From an uncultured virus (IMG/VR IMGVR_UViG_3300025875_000009) (lineage: Duplodnaviria > Heunggongvirae > Uroviricota > Caudoviricetes), in IMG/VR virus record IMGVR_UViG_3300025875_000009: DNA of 64,000 nt; one strand, 5' to 3'. Numbering within the stretch: the stretch's first letter is position 1; each line of letters opens with the position of its first letter. Under the pieces are notes generated by a model. That model did not search any database, was not told where the DNA came from, and saw only the letters and a list, made by a program, of their open reading frames with translations. Both the position numbers and the translations under genes were made by a program. Of the stretch, positions 10,791 to 19,679 are shown one piece after another.

Positions 10791-11224
10791 CCCTGTCGAA
10801 CCCCCTGACCGCACCACTCTGGAAGATCGGCACCTTCGCCGCCGGTCTGATCTGTTTGGTCCTCTCCGGCTTTCTGATCGCCAGCACTCTCGAAAATCGT
10901 GGCCTCGTCGTTCAGCGTAGCGCGCTGTCTGCGCAGATCAACGACCCGAAGGTCGGCTTTGTGGCACGGCTGGCGCAGGCGAACACCAATGTCGAGACGC
11001 TGAAGGTCGCGCTTAACACCCAGCGCCAGAGCTTTGAGACGAAGGCGGCGCAGCGTGAAGCCGTACTCGCCGAGACGTCGCGCAAGTTGAAACTTGCCCA
11101 AGTCTCGACGCGGACTATGCAGTTGAAGCTGGACCGTTTTCTGGCCACCAAGCCGCAGGGGGCTACCCTTGAAGATCGGGTGCGTGATATTGACCAGCGC
11201 GCGCTTTCGGAGCTTGTTCAGTGA
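10787..11224 (+). CDS. i-spanin (Rz-like)
   Basis: N-terminal TM then coiled coil; immediately upstream of a lipoprotein gene. Confidence 0.75.
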   Translation: MTLSNPLTAPLWKIGTFAAGLICLVLSGFLIASTLENRGLVVQRSALSAQINDPKVGFVARLAQANTNVETLKVALNTQRQSFETKAAQREAVLAETSRKLKLAQVSTRTMQLKLDRFLATKPQGATLEDRVRDIDQRALSELVQ

Positions 11225-11523
11225 AGAACCTCGTACCTATCCTTGGTCTGGCTCTGCTCGGCGCTTGCGCGACAAAGCCGGCCCCGCGTCCCGAACCGAT
11301 CGTCGTGCCGCAGCCTGTTGCGGTAGCGGTTGACGCACCGTGCGTGCCTGACACGCTGGGCAAGGCTCCTGCCTATGTCGACACCAAGGACAAGCTGGTC
11401 GGCGCAGCGGACGCAGCGGAGCGCCTGCAGCTGCTCTACGCCGGCCGCGCGCAGCGCGAGGCGCGGCTGAACGAGATCGAGCCGATCATTGACGGGTGCC
11501 CTCGCGGTTCCGTGAAGAAGTAA
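11221..11523 (+). CDS. o-spanin lipoprotein (Rz1-like)
   Basis: Signal peptide with lipobox LLGAC, Pro-rich linker, further Cys residues. Confidence 0.8.
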   Translation: MKNLVPILGLALLGACATKPAPRPEPIVVPQPVAVAVDAPCVPDTLGKAPAYVDTKDKLVGAADAAERLQLLYAGRAQREARLNEIEPIIDGCPRGSVKK

Positions 11524-11527
11524 CACC

Positions 11528-11929
11528 ATGAGCATGATCGATCAGGAGGCGCGTGATAAGGCGAGCCAGGCCCTGCATGATCTCAACAATCATAAGGCCG
11601 TGACGGAGATCGAGCTTCGCACGCTGAAGGCGCTCGTCGTCGAGCTGAAATCGCAGCTGAAGTGGGCTGGCGGTCTGATCGTGATGCTGTTCATCAGCAC
11701 CCTGACGTGGTCGCTTGCCCAGCAGTACAGCGCCAATGAGGCGCAGAAGAAGGACATGGCCCAGCAAATCGAGCTGCTGAAGGAGCAGGAGCGGGCGCGC
11801 AATGCGTCCCGCTCCGAAATCCTGAGCCGCCTACCGGCCGGTACTACCGAGGCCACCGACACCACGGGCAGTCTCGCTCAAGCTGGCAACCTCAGCCGTA
11901 GCCGCACGAGTAACGGGGCAGAGAACTAG
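11528..11929 (+). CDS. Single-TM coiled-coil membrane protein at end of lysis cassette
   Basis: Coiled coil then WAGGLIVMLFISTLTWSL; 3' end overlaps dUTPase antisense. Confidence 0.55.
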   Translation: MSMIDQEARDKASQALHDLNNHKAVTEIELRTLKALVVELKSQLKWAGGLIVMLFISTLTWSLAQQYSANEAQKKDMAQQIELLKEQERARNASRSEILSRLPAGTTEATDTTGSLAQAGNLSRSRTSNGAEN

Positions 11930-12271
11930 CTGGGCGATCCGATCGCCGCGCTTGATCTCGTGCGCATTGCGACCGAGGTGCGACAGGATCACCATCAGCT
12001 CACCGCGATAATCCTCGTCAATCGTTCCGATCCCATTCGTCACGAACACGCCGTGCTTCGCTGCTAGTCCACTTCGGCTGCGCACCTGCAGTTCGTGACC
12101 GGCCGGCACCTCCACGGCGAACCCGGTGGTGAAGATCTTGGTGTTGCCGTGGAACAGCTTGAAGTCCTCGGCGGAACAGATGTCCATGCCCGCTGCGCCG
12201 GGCGTGGTGTACGTCGGCAAAGGCAAGTTCTCCCCGTGGGGCAGGCGCAGGAACTTGAGCGTTAGGTCCAT
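11831..12271 (-). CDS. dut: Trimeric dUTPase
   Basis: Motifs AGMD, RSRSGLA, GTIDEDYRGE, RIAQLV, RGVGGLGSTG; GGAG SD before ATG 12271. Confidence 0.95.
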   Translation of the reverse strand: MDLTLKFLRLPHGENLPLPTYTTPGAAGMDICSAEDFKLFHGNTKIFTTGFAVEVPAGHELQVRSRSGLAAKHGVFVTNGIGTIDEDYRGELMVILSHLGRNAHEIKRGDRIAQLVLCPVTRAATAEVASLSETARGVGGLGSTGR

Positions 12272-12489
12272 ATCGGATCTCCAGATGTGTGATGCCAAGA
12301 TCAACCGCTGTCTCCAATCGCTTGGCGTCGATGCAGAGAGCGAACTCGCGATCGCGTGGTGGCTTGTGCGAGCTGATCCGAATGACGGACTCGCATGGTG
12401 TGCCGGGGAAGAGGATAACGTAACGACTGTCGGAGTGGGCAATGGTGCTGCACTCCATCTTGCAAGGCAGACCCAGCGACCGAGCCTTG

Positions 12490-13482
12490 TCAATCAGCTT
12501 GATCGCCACCTCGCCGCTGTTCCTCACCATTGGGAAGTCTCTCCTGAATGAAGGCGCGAACCTCCGGGTCAAGAGGGTCCAGCGCCGCGCGGACAATACC
12601 GGGCCAGTCAAATTTGTCCAAGGATAGGGAGCCTCCACCGTTGTCCGATTGCACGCGCTGCGCAGGGACGGCGGTGACGGCGAAAGCGTCAAGGGTCGGC
12701 TTCTCCTCGCCGGGGGCGAGTGTGATGCGAACGCACTTGTCGCGTAGGCTGTCAGGGGGTGCCGCCAGCGCCTCGGCCAACGTCATGGTGACGTAGATCA
12801 ACCCTTCTGGGTCTTCGCCATGTCCGTAGGGTTCAAGCGATCCGGTCCCGTGGATCGTGACACCATCGACGACATAATCTCGGGGGGCGTGGTAGTGGCC
12901 CGAATATAGCGGGACCGTGCCGAAGGCGTCGCGAAGAGCAACGACAGGGGCAAGATGGAGGTCTTCACCCCCGAACGACGAGAGATCCCAGTGTCCGACG
13001 GCGGCGACGGGTCCGGCGCTTCCTCGGGCGGTGCGTGCGAGGCTGGTGACTTGGTCGACGGCATTACGATCCCACTCCCACGGGAAAAACGCTACCTCGC
13101 CGATCAACGCCGGCTTGGTCAAGATGAAGAGGTTGGGGTAACGCCGGTGGCACGCCACCTTGAACACGTTGAAGGCGGCCGTGGCGGTCACCTTGCGCGG
13201 CATGTCGTGATTGCCGGCCATCATGATGAAGAGGGTGCTGGGACGGTTAATAGCCGCCGCCAACACCGCGTCGATCGCCTGCTTGACGATCGTGTGCGAC
13301 ACGTAGGGGTTGTCGAACAGATCGCCGACCATCACCACCATGTCGCCGGGCGCGGCCAGCTGCTCGATGAATTTCCGAAGCTGACGAGCTTCACGCTCAC
13401 CGCGTCGGTGGGCCGGAACCCCGACCTCGAACTTGCGCCCGAGGTGGGGATCACCAATCAGCCAGCCGCGCTCGAACTGCAC
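12490..13482 (-). CDS. SbcD/Mre11-like metallophosphoesterase nuclease subunit
   Basis: GDPHLG, GDLFD, AGNHD, GHW, SGHYH. Confidence 0.85.
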   Translation of the reverse strand: MQFERGWLIGDPHLGRKFEVGVPAHRRGEREARQLRKFIEQLAAPGDMVVMVGDLFDNPYVSHTIVKQAIDAVLAAAINRPSTLFIMMAGNHDMPRKVTATAAFNVFKVACHRRYPNLFILTKPALIGEVAFFPWEWDRNAVDQVTSLARTARGSAGPVAAVGHWDLSSFGGEDLHLAPVVALRDAFGTVPLYSGHYHAPRDYVVDGVTIHGTGSLEPYGHGEDPEGLIYVTMTLAEALAAPPDSLRDKCVRITLAPGEEKPTLDAFAVTAVPAQRVQSDNGGGSLSLDKFDWPGIVRAALDPLDPEVRAFIQERLPNGEEQRRGGDQAD

Positions 13483-13485
13483 GGC

Positions 13486-13674
13486 TTACGCCAGGATGCC
13501 GCCGGGGCGGGTCTTCATCGACTTGGTCTTGTCGCCGTCGGTGACGTCCACCACGACGAACTGGCCGTCATGTCCGGTCACGGTGCCGGAGCGAATGACC
13601 TGCGTCGGGCCGGCCTTGAACGAAACGGTCGAGCCAACGGCGAAGTCGGTGGGAAGGGGTGTGGTCTTGGGCAT
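13486..13674 (-). CDS. Small hypothetical protein (SH3/KOW-like)
   Basis: GGAG SD; MPKTTPLPTDFAVGSTVSF... Confidence 0.55.
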   Translation of the reverse strand: MPKTTPLPTDFAVGSTVSFKAGPTQVIRSGTVTGHDGQFVVVDVTDGDKTKSMKTRPGGILA

Positions 13675-13732
13675 TGGGGTTCTCCAGCGCGGACATGCGC
13701 TGGAGGGACTTCTAAGACCCTGATTTTCTAGG

Positions 13733-14113
13733 TCAAGGACGATTTGCGAAGCTCGACGATACGACCGCTTTCTGGGCTTGCTTCCGGCGTATCTTCTCAA
13801 TCACCTCCGGCTGCTCGCAGCGGTAGAACTCAGTACGATAGGCGTCGTCGGCATCCAGCCCGGTGACGACGCATAGCGACGCCAGCGTCACCAAGGTTCC
13901 GCCCAAGTCCTGCCGCGGCTCGCCAGCCGGCTTGTCGTAGACCTGCTTGACGAGGGCCTGCGCCTGCTCGCGCGTGACGCCGAGGCTCTGGATCAGCTCC
14001 AGCGCCTCTTCACCGAAGCGCAGGCCGCGCTCCTCGACATCCTTGAGACTGGCCTTGCCGAACACCTTGGTCAGCCAGCTGCGGACACGGGTCTTTTCCC
14101 AGACAATCTTCAT
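13733..14113 (-). CDS. MazG-like all-alpha NTP pyrophosphohydrolase candidate
   Basis: ERGLRFGEEALEL...QDLGGTLVTLASL (EExxE pattern). Confidence 0.55.
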   Translation of the reverse strand: MKIVWEKTRVRSWLTKVFGKASLKDVEERGLRFGEEALELIQSLGVTREQAQALVKQVYDKPAGEPRQDLGGTLVTLASLCVVTGLDADDAYRTEFYRCEQPEVIEKIRRKQAQKAVVSSSFANRP

Positions 14114-14478
14114 GGGTGGCTCCAGATTGCAAGGGTGATCGCCGCAGCTGCCGCGGAGGCGGCCGACAGGATCGCGGCGACCATCGCCCACTCGATTGCT
14201 GCGACCGACAGCACGGTTGGCGACAGCCACCACAGCAACACCGCGGCCAAAGCCACGACGACAGCAACGAGGGCGACGTTGGTCATCAGCGTGACCGGCT
14301 CGTGTAGCTCGGCACGGCGCTTACGCACCAGTTCGGCCGAGCGCCGCGCGGCGGCGTCCATCGACATGAACGGCCAGCCCTCGGGCTTCTCGCCCTCGCG
14401 GGCGGTGCCTGGCCATGCGACGCCCTCGCCGCGAAAGGCGTCACGGAAATCGCTGATGTTCAGGGTATCGGTCATCAT
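14110..14478 (-). CDS. Hypothetical membrane protein
   Basis: Two C-terminal hydrophobic segments; ATGA coupling on both sides. Confidence 0.55.
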   Translation of the reverse strand: MMTDTLNISDFRDAFRGEGVAWPGTAREGEKPEGWPFMSMDAAARRSAELVRKRRAELHEPVTLMTNVALVAVVVALAAVLLWWLSPTVLSVAAIEWAMVAAILSAASAAAAAITLAIWSHP

Positions 14479-15044
14479 GAAACACTCGCATGAATGTGCT
14501 GCCGCTGCGCTTCCATCAGCATGTCGATCTGGAAGGCCGCATCGTGCAGACCGTTGTGCTTGTCCCCGTTGAACGGCACCTGCTTCTCCATGTCAGGATG
14601 GGCAGGGTCGTCGCGCAGGGCGGCGATGTAGGTGTTGAGGTCGCGCGCCAGCCGGTAGTGGAACGGCATGGTCATGCCGAGCTGGAGGAAATGGCTGGCG
14701 ATCACCGTCCAGTCGAACGTGATGGGCTTGCCCCAGAAACGGAAGCCGCCGTCCGGCGCACCGTCGAGGCAGAAGGCATGGAAGGCCTGCCACACCGGCA
14801 GCGCCGGCTCGCTGCGGGCGATGATGCGGTTGTAGACCTCGCGGTTGCGGCCGAGCCAGAAATCCCGCGTGTCGCCGGTCCAGTGCCGGCGCGGCAGCAA
14901 CTCGGGCACGCGATCGAACATGGGTCCGATCTCGCCGGTTTTGGCGTTGAACTTGATCGCAGCGACATGGAAGCAGCCGAAGACGGACGGGTCATCGTTG
15001 CCCGTCGTCTCGACGTCGACCATCATGTCGGTAAAGGCGCTCAT
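14475..15044 (-). CDS. DEDDh 3'-5' exonuclease
   Basis: DMMVDVETTG, WGKPITFDW, RDL.T, HNGLHDAAFQ. Confidence 0.85.
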   Translation of the reverse strand: MSAFTDMMVDVETTGNDDPSVFGCFHVAAIKFNAKTGEIGPMFDRVPELLPRRHWTGDTRDFWLGRNREVYNRIIARSEPALPVWQAFHAFCLDGAPDGGFRFWGKPITFDWTVIASHFLQLGMTMPFHYRLARDLNTYIAALRDDPAHPDMEKQVPFNGDKHNGLHDAAFQIDMLMEAQRQHIHASVS

Positions 15045-15268
15045 GCGACGAACGCCGGCGCGCCCGCGCGCGGCTTCCACGAGATGCACAGCCAGTTCGG
15101 CGTCGGGCGATGCGTGGTGCCCTCGTCATCGACGATGCGATGACTGCCATTGGCGAGCACATAAAGCAGCGCTGGGTTGCTGATGCGCAGCACGCCGCCG
15201 TTCGCATAGCGATACTCGCGGTACTGCTCGGTTGAAATGTCGGTGGGCAGGATGCCGCCGACGCTCAC
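15041..15268 (-). CDS. Hypothetical protein
   Basis: GTG start overlapping upstream stop; DISTEQYREYRY...SHRIVD. Confidence 0.6.
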   Translation of the reverse strand: MSVGGILPTDISTEQYREYRYANGGVLRISNPALLYVLANGSHRIVDDEGTTHRPTPNWLCISWKPRAGAPAFVA

Positions 15269-15690
15269 AGAGTTGGTTGCCAAGGGGTCAGCTCCTCGAA
15301 TTTCAGGGACGCCCGGCCCTCGGCGAGGGTCGCTGCGTACTGCTTGCAGGGCATGACATACCACTGCGCATGGTGGAAGGAATAGATGTAGAAATTGTAG
15401 GGTCCGTGGACCCGCGCCTGCCGCAGTGCCGCGCTCGATTGGCCGGGCTGGATGCCGTGGAAGGAGAAGCTGGTCTTGTGGACCGTCGACTTCACCTCGG
15501 CATATTGCAGCAGCCCATTCAGCGTCACGAGATAATCGGACGGCTTGGGATAGTCGCCGACGGCACGGCCGCCGTTGCGGCCCCGGAGATCAGCCTGATC
15601 CCAGAACCGCTCGACGACCGCGCCGAGGCGGGCCATGATCGAGAGGAAGCCCGCCTCGGCGGACTTACCGTCGTTGCGCGCCGGCATCAT
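15265..15690 (-). CDS. PD-(D/E)XK nuclease, probable Holliday-junction resolvase
   Basis: PSDYLV...AEVKST; near DNA polymerase. Confidence 0.7.
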   Translation of the reverse strand: MMPARNDGKSAEAGFLSIMARLGAVVERFWDQADLRGRNGGRAVGDYPKPSDYLVTLNGLLQYAEVKSTVHKTSFSFHGIQPGQSSAALRQARVHGPYNFYIYSFHHAQWYVMPCKQYAATLAEGRASLKFEELTPWQPTL

Positions 15691-15898
15691 CGACCACCGT
15701 CACGTTGGTGCGCAGCCAGTAGGTCAGCGCCAGCATGAAGACGAAGCCTAGATAGACGCCGCGGAAGGGCAACGACCAGTCGCCGGGGTTGGCCTGCCAT
15801 GTGATCCACGCGGTCGCGCCCCACGAGAGCGCGCCGATGATGACGGTGAGCAACAGGAAGCCGAGCAGGCGGCCGAGTTGGGTGCGGGTGATTGTCAT
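15665..15898 (-). CDS. Small two-TM hypothetical protein
   Basis: 77-aa hydrophobic ORF coupled to the polymerase stop. Confidence 0.55.
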   Translation of the reverse strand: MTITRTQLGRLLGFLLLTVIIGALSWGATAWITWQANPGDWSLPFRGVYLGFVFMLALTYWLRTNVTVVDDAGAQRR

Positions 15899-18501
15899 GC
15901 GAACATCCAGTCCAAAAGTTCAGCGACCTTCTGCTCCGAAAGAACGGTGCCTTCAAGGTCTTTGTCGACGACGCCGGGGATGACCTGTGCCTCGTCCAGC
16001 TCGATCTGGCTGAACGGGGTGCCATCGAACGGGCGGAAGGTCCGGCCGATTGCCACCGTGCAGTGCAACGGCAGCGTTGACACGATCGTCGGGTGCTCGG
16101 TCATAGCGGCGCGCAGCAGCGGGATGAACGCCATCACGAAGCGACGGGGCACGGAGAAGACCAGCTCGTCGTGAATCGGCATCATCAGACGCGGCCCACC
16201 AAGGCCCATTGGCATGCCGGCGTCGGCGCAGAGGGTGCGCAAACGGATCAGCGACCGCTTGGCCATCGTGGCGCAGGTGCCCTGGATCATGGCGTTGACG
16301 GCTTGGTTCTTTGCGCGAGCCGACAGGCGGCGCGCGGCCGTCTCGGCATAGCGCACCATGCCCGGCGCAGCCGTGATGTCGACGAACTTCTGGATCAGCG
16401 CCTTCTGCCACTCGTAGGTGGCCTCGAAGCGGTTGCGCCGGTGCCCGTCAGGCAGCACGACGTAGCCGTTCATCGCGGCTTCCTCCTGCACACCCACGCG
16501 CCACGCCTCCGCGATCGGGAAGCGCGCCCGGTAGTTGTCCACCAGCTCCCAGTGCTCGTCGTCCGACAGGCTCAGGTTGTTGGCGACGGTCGAGAGCGCG
16601 CCCGAATACCAGTAGGAGAAGTTCACGCCCTTGCCGACCGCGGTGCCACGGGCGAACTTGTGGTAGTCCTTCGGCGTCAGAATGGTGCCGCTGAAGTTCC
16701 GCAACACACGGTCATTCGGATTGCGTCCGAACTTGAACTCGCGGAACTCGTCCTCGGTGAGGCCAGGAAGAGTTTTGACGCACAGCGCATCGACCGCGGC
16801 ACCGGAGTGCATGTCACCGTAAGGGATCTGTCCGTAGACCTTGGCGAAGCCGGGATCGCCGGATCGATCGCCGATGAGGACCAGCTCGATGGCGGACCAG
16901 TCAGCGGAGACGACCACGCAATCATCGTCATCACCAAGATAGAAAGAACGGATGTACGCGCTACTGCCCGACTTGGCGAGCTGCATCGGGTTGGGGAAGG
17001 ACGTCGCGAGCCGGCGCGTGGCCAGCTGGGACGAGAGGGAGGGGTAAACACGGCTCGTCTCCGGGTCCATGAGCTGGGTGTAGGGCGTCAGGTACAGCTT
17101 CATTCGCTGCTCGATGTCAGCCATATCCTGCAGCAGTTCCATGACGCCGAAGGCCTCGGTGTTACCGGCCTTCTCGAACGCCTCACGGATCTTGCCGCGC
17201 GCCTCGGCATCCGACGCCACGCTGCCGTCGCTGTAGCGCATCTTCGCGCCCAGCAGATCGTAAATGATCGTGCGCATCGTCTGGTAGTAGACGAGGTTCA
17301 GCTTGCCGGCCTTGACCTTCATGCCCTGCTCGGCGGCCCATGCGTTGCCGATCGGGTTCGACACCTGGAAGCACTGCGTGAAGTCGTCGTCGCTGTCCGG
17401 CGACACGGCCCACAGTGCGATGTCGCTGCGCTTCTTCTGCCAGTTCTTCTCGTACCAGCTCTCGTACTCGGTCAGCTTGGCGTGCGGCTCGTCCTTGAAC
17501 GGCAGCAGTGAACGAACGGCGGCCTTGAGCGTGCGCAGCTTGGCGGCCATCGCGATGCGCTCCAGCCGCTGTCGCTCGAACACCTGCTCCAGATCGAGCC
17601 GGATGCCCTGCATCCACGCCTCGGCATACTGGAGAACCATCGGGTTCTCTTGGCTGAAGAACGCCTGCAGAGCGTGCGGGTTGAACCGCAGCATCTCGTC
17701 GAACATCCACAGGTAGTGCTGGACGGCCCAATAGGCGTCGTCGGCACCGTAGGAGCAGACCTGCTCACCGGTCAGCTCGCCCATGTGCGTCGCGCCGGCC
17801 TGCGCCAGCGTGTCCTTGAACGTCGCCTGCTCGTAGCCGAACCGGCTCTTGGTCAGCGCCTTGAGGCTGTAGCCCTTGGCGATCGACTTCACGAAGCCGT
17901 TGTAGCTGTGCTCGGCCTTGGACTCCTTGGCCGTGAACTTGCCCAGCAGCTCGGTCGCTTCGTCGGTGTTGCCGCCCTCGGCCCACGCGCGAACGATGTC
18001 GGGCACCAGCTTGTGGAAGGCGCGCGGGATCGGCGTCGCATAGAAGGTCGAGAGGTCGTACTCGTCGGGGCCGTGGTGCGACACCGCCATCTGCAGCGTG
18101 CAGACGAGGTTGCGCAGGTCGATGCCGGCGAACGTCATCGTGTTGGCGATCTCGAACGGCGCGTTGTGCGCCACGCAGATCGTGTCGTCGCTGGCCGCGG
18201 CCAGCACCTGATGCAGCACATCGACCGGCAGGCGGTTCTCGACGTCGGCGTGGTTGAGGTTCACGTACCAGCTGTAGGGCGATCCCTTGCAGTGGATCGA
18301 GAAGCCGGTGATGACCGTGCGCCGCACGTCGAAGACGTGCCGGACGGCGGTATTGTAGAGGTTGAGGCCGGGGTGCCGGTTCTCGTCCTGCGTCTCGATG
18401 TCGTAGCCGTACAGCTCGGTCGTGCGCAGCTCTTCAAGGAGACGGGGCAGGGTGTGCTCGACGTTACGGGCATCGATCAGGATCGGGGTCGTATGCGACA
18501 T
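15895..18501 (-). CDS. Family A DNA polymerase with 3'-5' exonuclease domain
   Basis: Exo I YDIET, HNAPFE, YGADDA; motif A SADWSAIEL; motif B KGVNFSYWY; motif C IHDELVF. Confidence 0.95.
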   Translation of the reverse strand: MSHTTPILIDARNVEHTLPRLLEELRTTELYGYDIETQDENRHPGLNLYNTAVRHVFDVRRTVITGFSIHCKGSPYSWYVNLNHADVENRLPVDVLHQVLAAASDDTICVAHNAPFEIANTMTFAGIDLRNLVCTLQMAVSHHGPDEYDLSTFYATPIPRAFHKLVPDIVRAWAEGGNTDEATELLGKFTAKESKAEHSYNGFVKSIAKGYSLKALTKSRFGYEQATFKDTLAQAGATHMGELTGEQVCSYGADDAYWAVQHYLWMFDEMLRFNPHALQAFFSQENPMVLQYAEAWMQGIRLDLEQVFERQRLERIAMAAKLRTLKAAVRSLLPFKDEPHAKLTEYESWYEKNWQKKRSDIALWAVSPDSDDDFTQCFQVSNPIGNAWAAEQGMKVKAGKLNLVYYQTMRTIIYDLLGAKMRYSDGSVASDAEARGKIREAFEKAGNTEAFGVMELLQDMADIEQRMKLYLTPYTQLMDPETSRVYPSLSSQLATRRLATSFPNPMQLAKSGSSAYIRSFYLGDDDDCVVVSADWSAIELVLIGDRSGDPGFAKVYGQIPYGDMHSGAAVDALCVKTLPGLTEDEFREFKFGRNPNDRVLRNFSGTILTPKDYHKFARGTAVGKGVNFSYWYSGALSTVANNLSLSDDEHWELVDNYRARFPIAEAWRVGVQEEAAMNGYVVLPDGHRRNRFEATYEWQKALIQKFVDITAAPGMVRYAETAARRLSARAKNQAVNAMIQGTCATMAKRSLIRLRTLCADAGMPMGLGGPRLMMPIHDELVFSVPRRFVMAFIPLLRAAMTEHPTIVSTLPLHCTVAIGRTFRPFDGTPFSQIELDEAQVIPGVVDKDLEGTVLSEQKVAELLDWMFA

Positions 18502-18513
18502 CTTGGATACTCC

Positions 18514-18735
18514 CTATGTCAGCTGGTGGATCTTGTAGTGCGCTACGGCCTCGGTCAGCTCGTTGCAAGCAATATCGAGGAGTTCATCAACCGATGCGCC
18601 GCTGGCCGCCGCGGTGCCGACCAGCACGCGGGCCAGCATGTTGAGCAGCGGTGCGGTGATATTGGTGGCCGGCTCGCGGTCGGCGATCGCCTCCTTGACG
18701 GCACTCTCGATCTTCTCGGTCAGGACGTGGGGCAT
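18514..18735 (-). CDS. Hypothetical protein
   Basis: 73-aa ORF, TGATG coupling. Confidence 0.5.
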   Translation of the reverse strand: MPHVLTEKIESAVKEAIADREPATNITAPLLNMLARVLVGTAAASGASVDELLDIACNELTEAVAHYKIHQLT

Positions 18736-18953
18736 CAGCCATACGTCTCCCGTAGATCACGCTCGATCTGAACGGCAATGCTGCGGCCTTCGTAGCGCGC
18801 CTTCTCCTTGAGCTTGGCGTACATCTCCGGCGGCAGGCGCACGGTGAACGCGGGATAGTCGCGGCGGATACAAACCTGATCGTCAGGGATCGGCTTGCGC
18901 CCGCGCCCGCGGCGGTTGGTCTGCGCTTGTTCGGACTTCAGTTCACGCGACAT
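18735..18953 (-). CDS. Arc-family ribbon-helix-helix DNA-binding protein
   Basis: FTVRLPPEMYAKLKEKARYEGRSIAVQIERDL fits the Arc/Mnt pattern. Confidence 0.8.
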   Translation of the reverse strand: MSRELKSEQAQTNRRGRGRKPIPDDQVCIRRDYPAFTVRLPPEMYAKLKEKARYEGRSIAVQIERDLRETYG

Positions 18954-19155
18954 CAGGTCGCTCCTTCTCTTCGACAGCGGCGATCGCGGCGTCGCGCGCC
19001 TGCCGGTAGGCCTGCGGGTCGCTGCGCAGGTTGCGGTAGGTGTCGAACACGGCGTGGTTCAGGGCGCGCGGCACACGCCGCCAGTGCGGCCAGCACATCA
19101 GCTGGCCGTCCTTGGCCGGCTTCTCGCAGCCGGAGATTGCGCAGGCGTGGCTCAT
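18943..19155 (-). CDS. Small Cys/His-rich hypothetical protein
   Basis: CAISGC...MCWPHWRRVP. Confidence 0.6.
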   Translation of the reverse strand: MSHACAISGCEKPAKDGQLMCWPHWRRVPRALNHAVFDTYRNLRSDPQAYRQARDAAIAAVEEKERPDVA

Positions 19156-19679
19156 ATCGTCTCTCCGTTCGCGTTGACGCGGCGCAGCTGGTTGACCAGC
19201 GATGGGTTCAGCCACCAGCGATCGTTCACCTCATCGCCGAGCGGCATGGCCTGCTGCATCCGCCAGAACCGCTCCAGCACCGTCTGCGGCACGCGGTGGT
19301 TCTCCGGCCGGCTGGCATTGCGGTCGATCACCTCGCCCCACGTCAGGTCGAAATAGACCACGTTGACGGCCATGCCATATTTGCGGGCGGTCTTGTGAAA
19401 GTTCTCGACGGCCTTCCAAGCCAACCCGGTATCGGAGAGGATCACGTCGTCGTAGATGCCGTGGCGCAGCGCGGTCACCATCGCCTTGTGCATCGTCGGG
19501 CCGATCAGCAGGGCAAGGTCGGGCTTAGCGGCCAGCTCGCCGTGGTAGCGGTAGCGATCGCCGAACAGGCACTCGCGCATCCGGTCGCGCTCCAGCCGCA
19601 GGGCGTGGCGGAAATGAGTGTCAGCGTAGGTCGACTTGCCGCTGCCGGGCAAGCCAACCGTAATCGTGAGCGTCTTCAT
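19152..19679 (-). CDS. Polynucleotide-kinase-like P-loop kinase (no phosphatase domain)
   Basis: VGLPGSGKST, RDRMR, VILSDT, RNASR...VP. Confidence 0.8.
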   Translation of the reverse strand: MKTLTITVGLPGSGKSTYADTHFRHALRLERDRMRECLFGDRYRYHGELAAKPDLALLIGPTMHKAMVTALRHGIYDDVILSDTGLAWKAVENFHKTARKYGMAVNVVYFDLTWGEVIDRNASRPENHRVPQTVLERFWRMQQAMPLGDEVNDRWWLNPSLVNQLRRVNANGETI

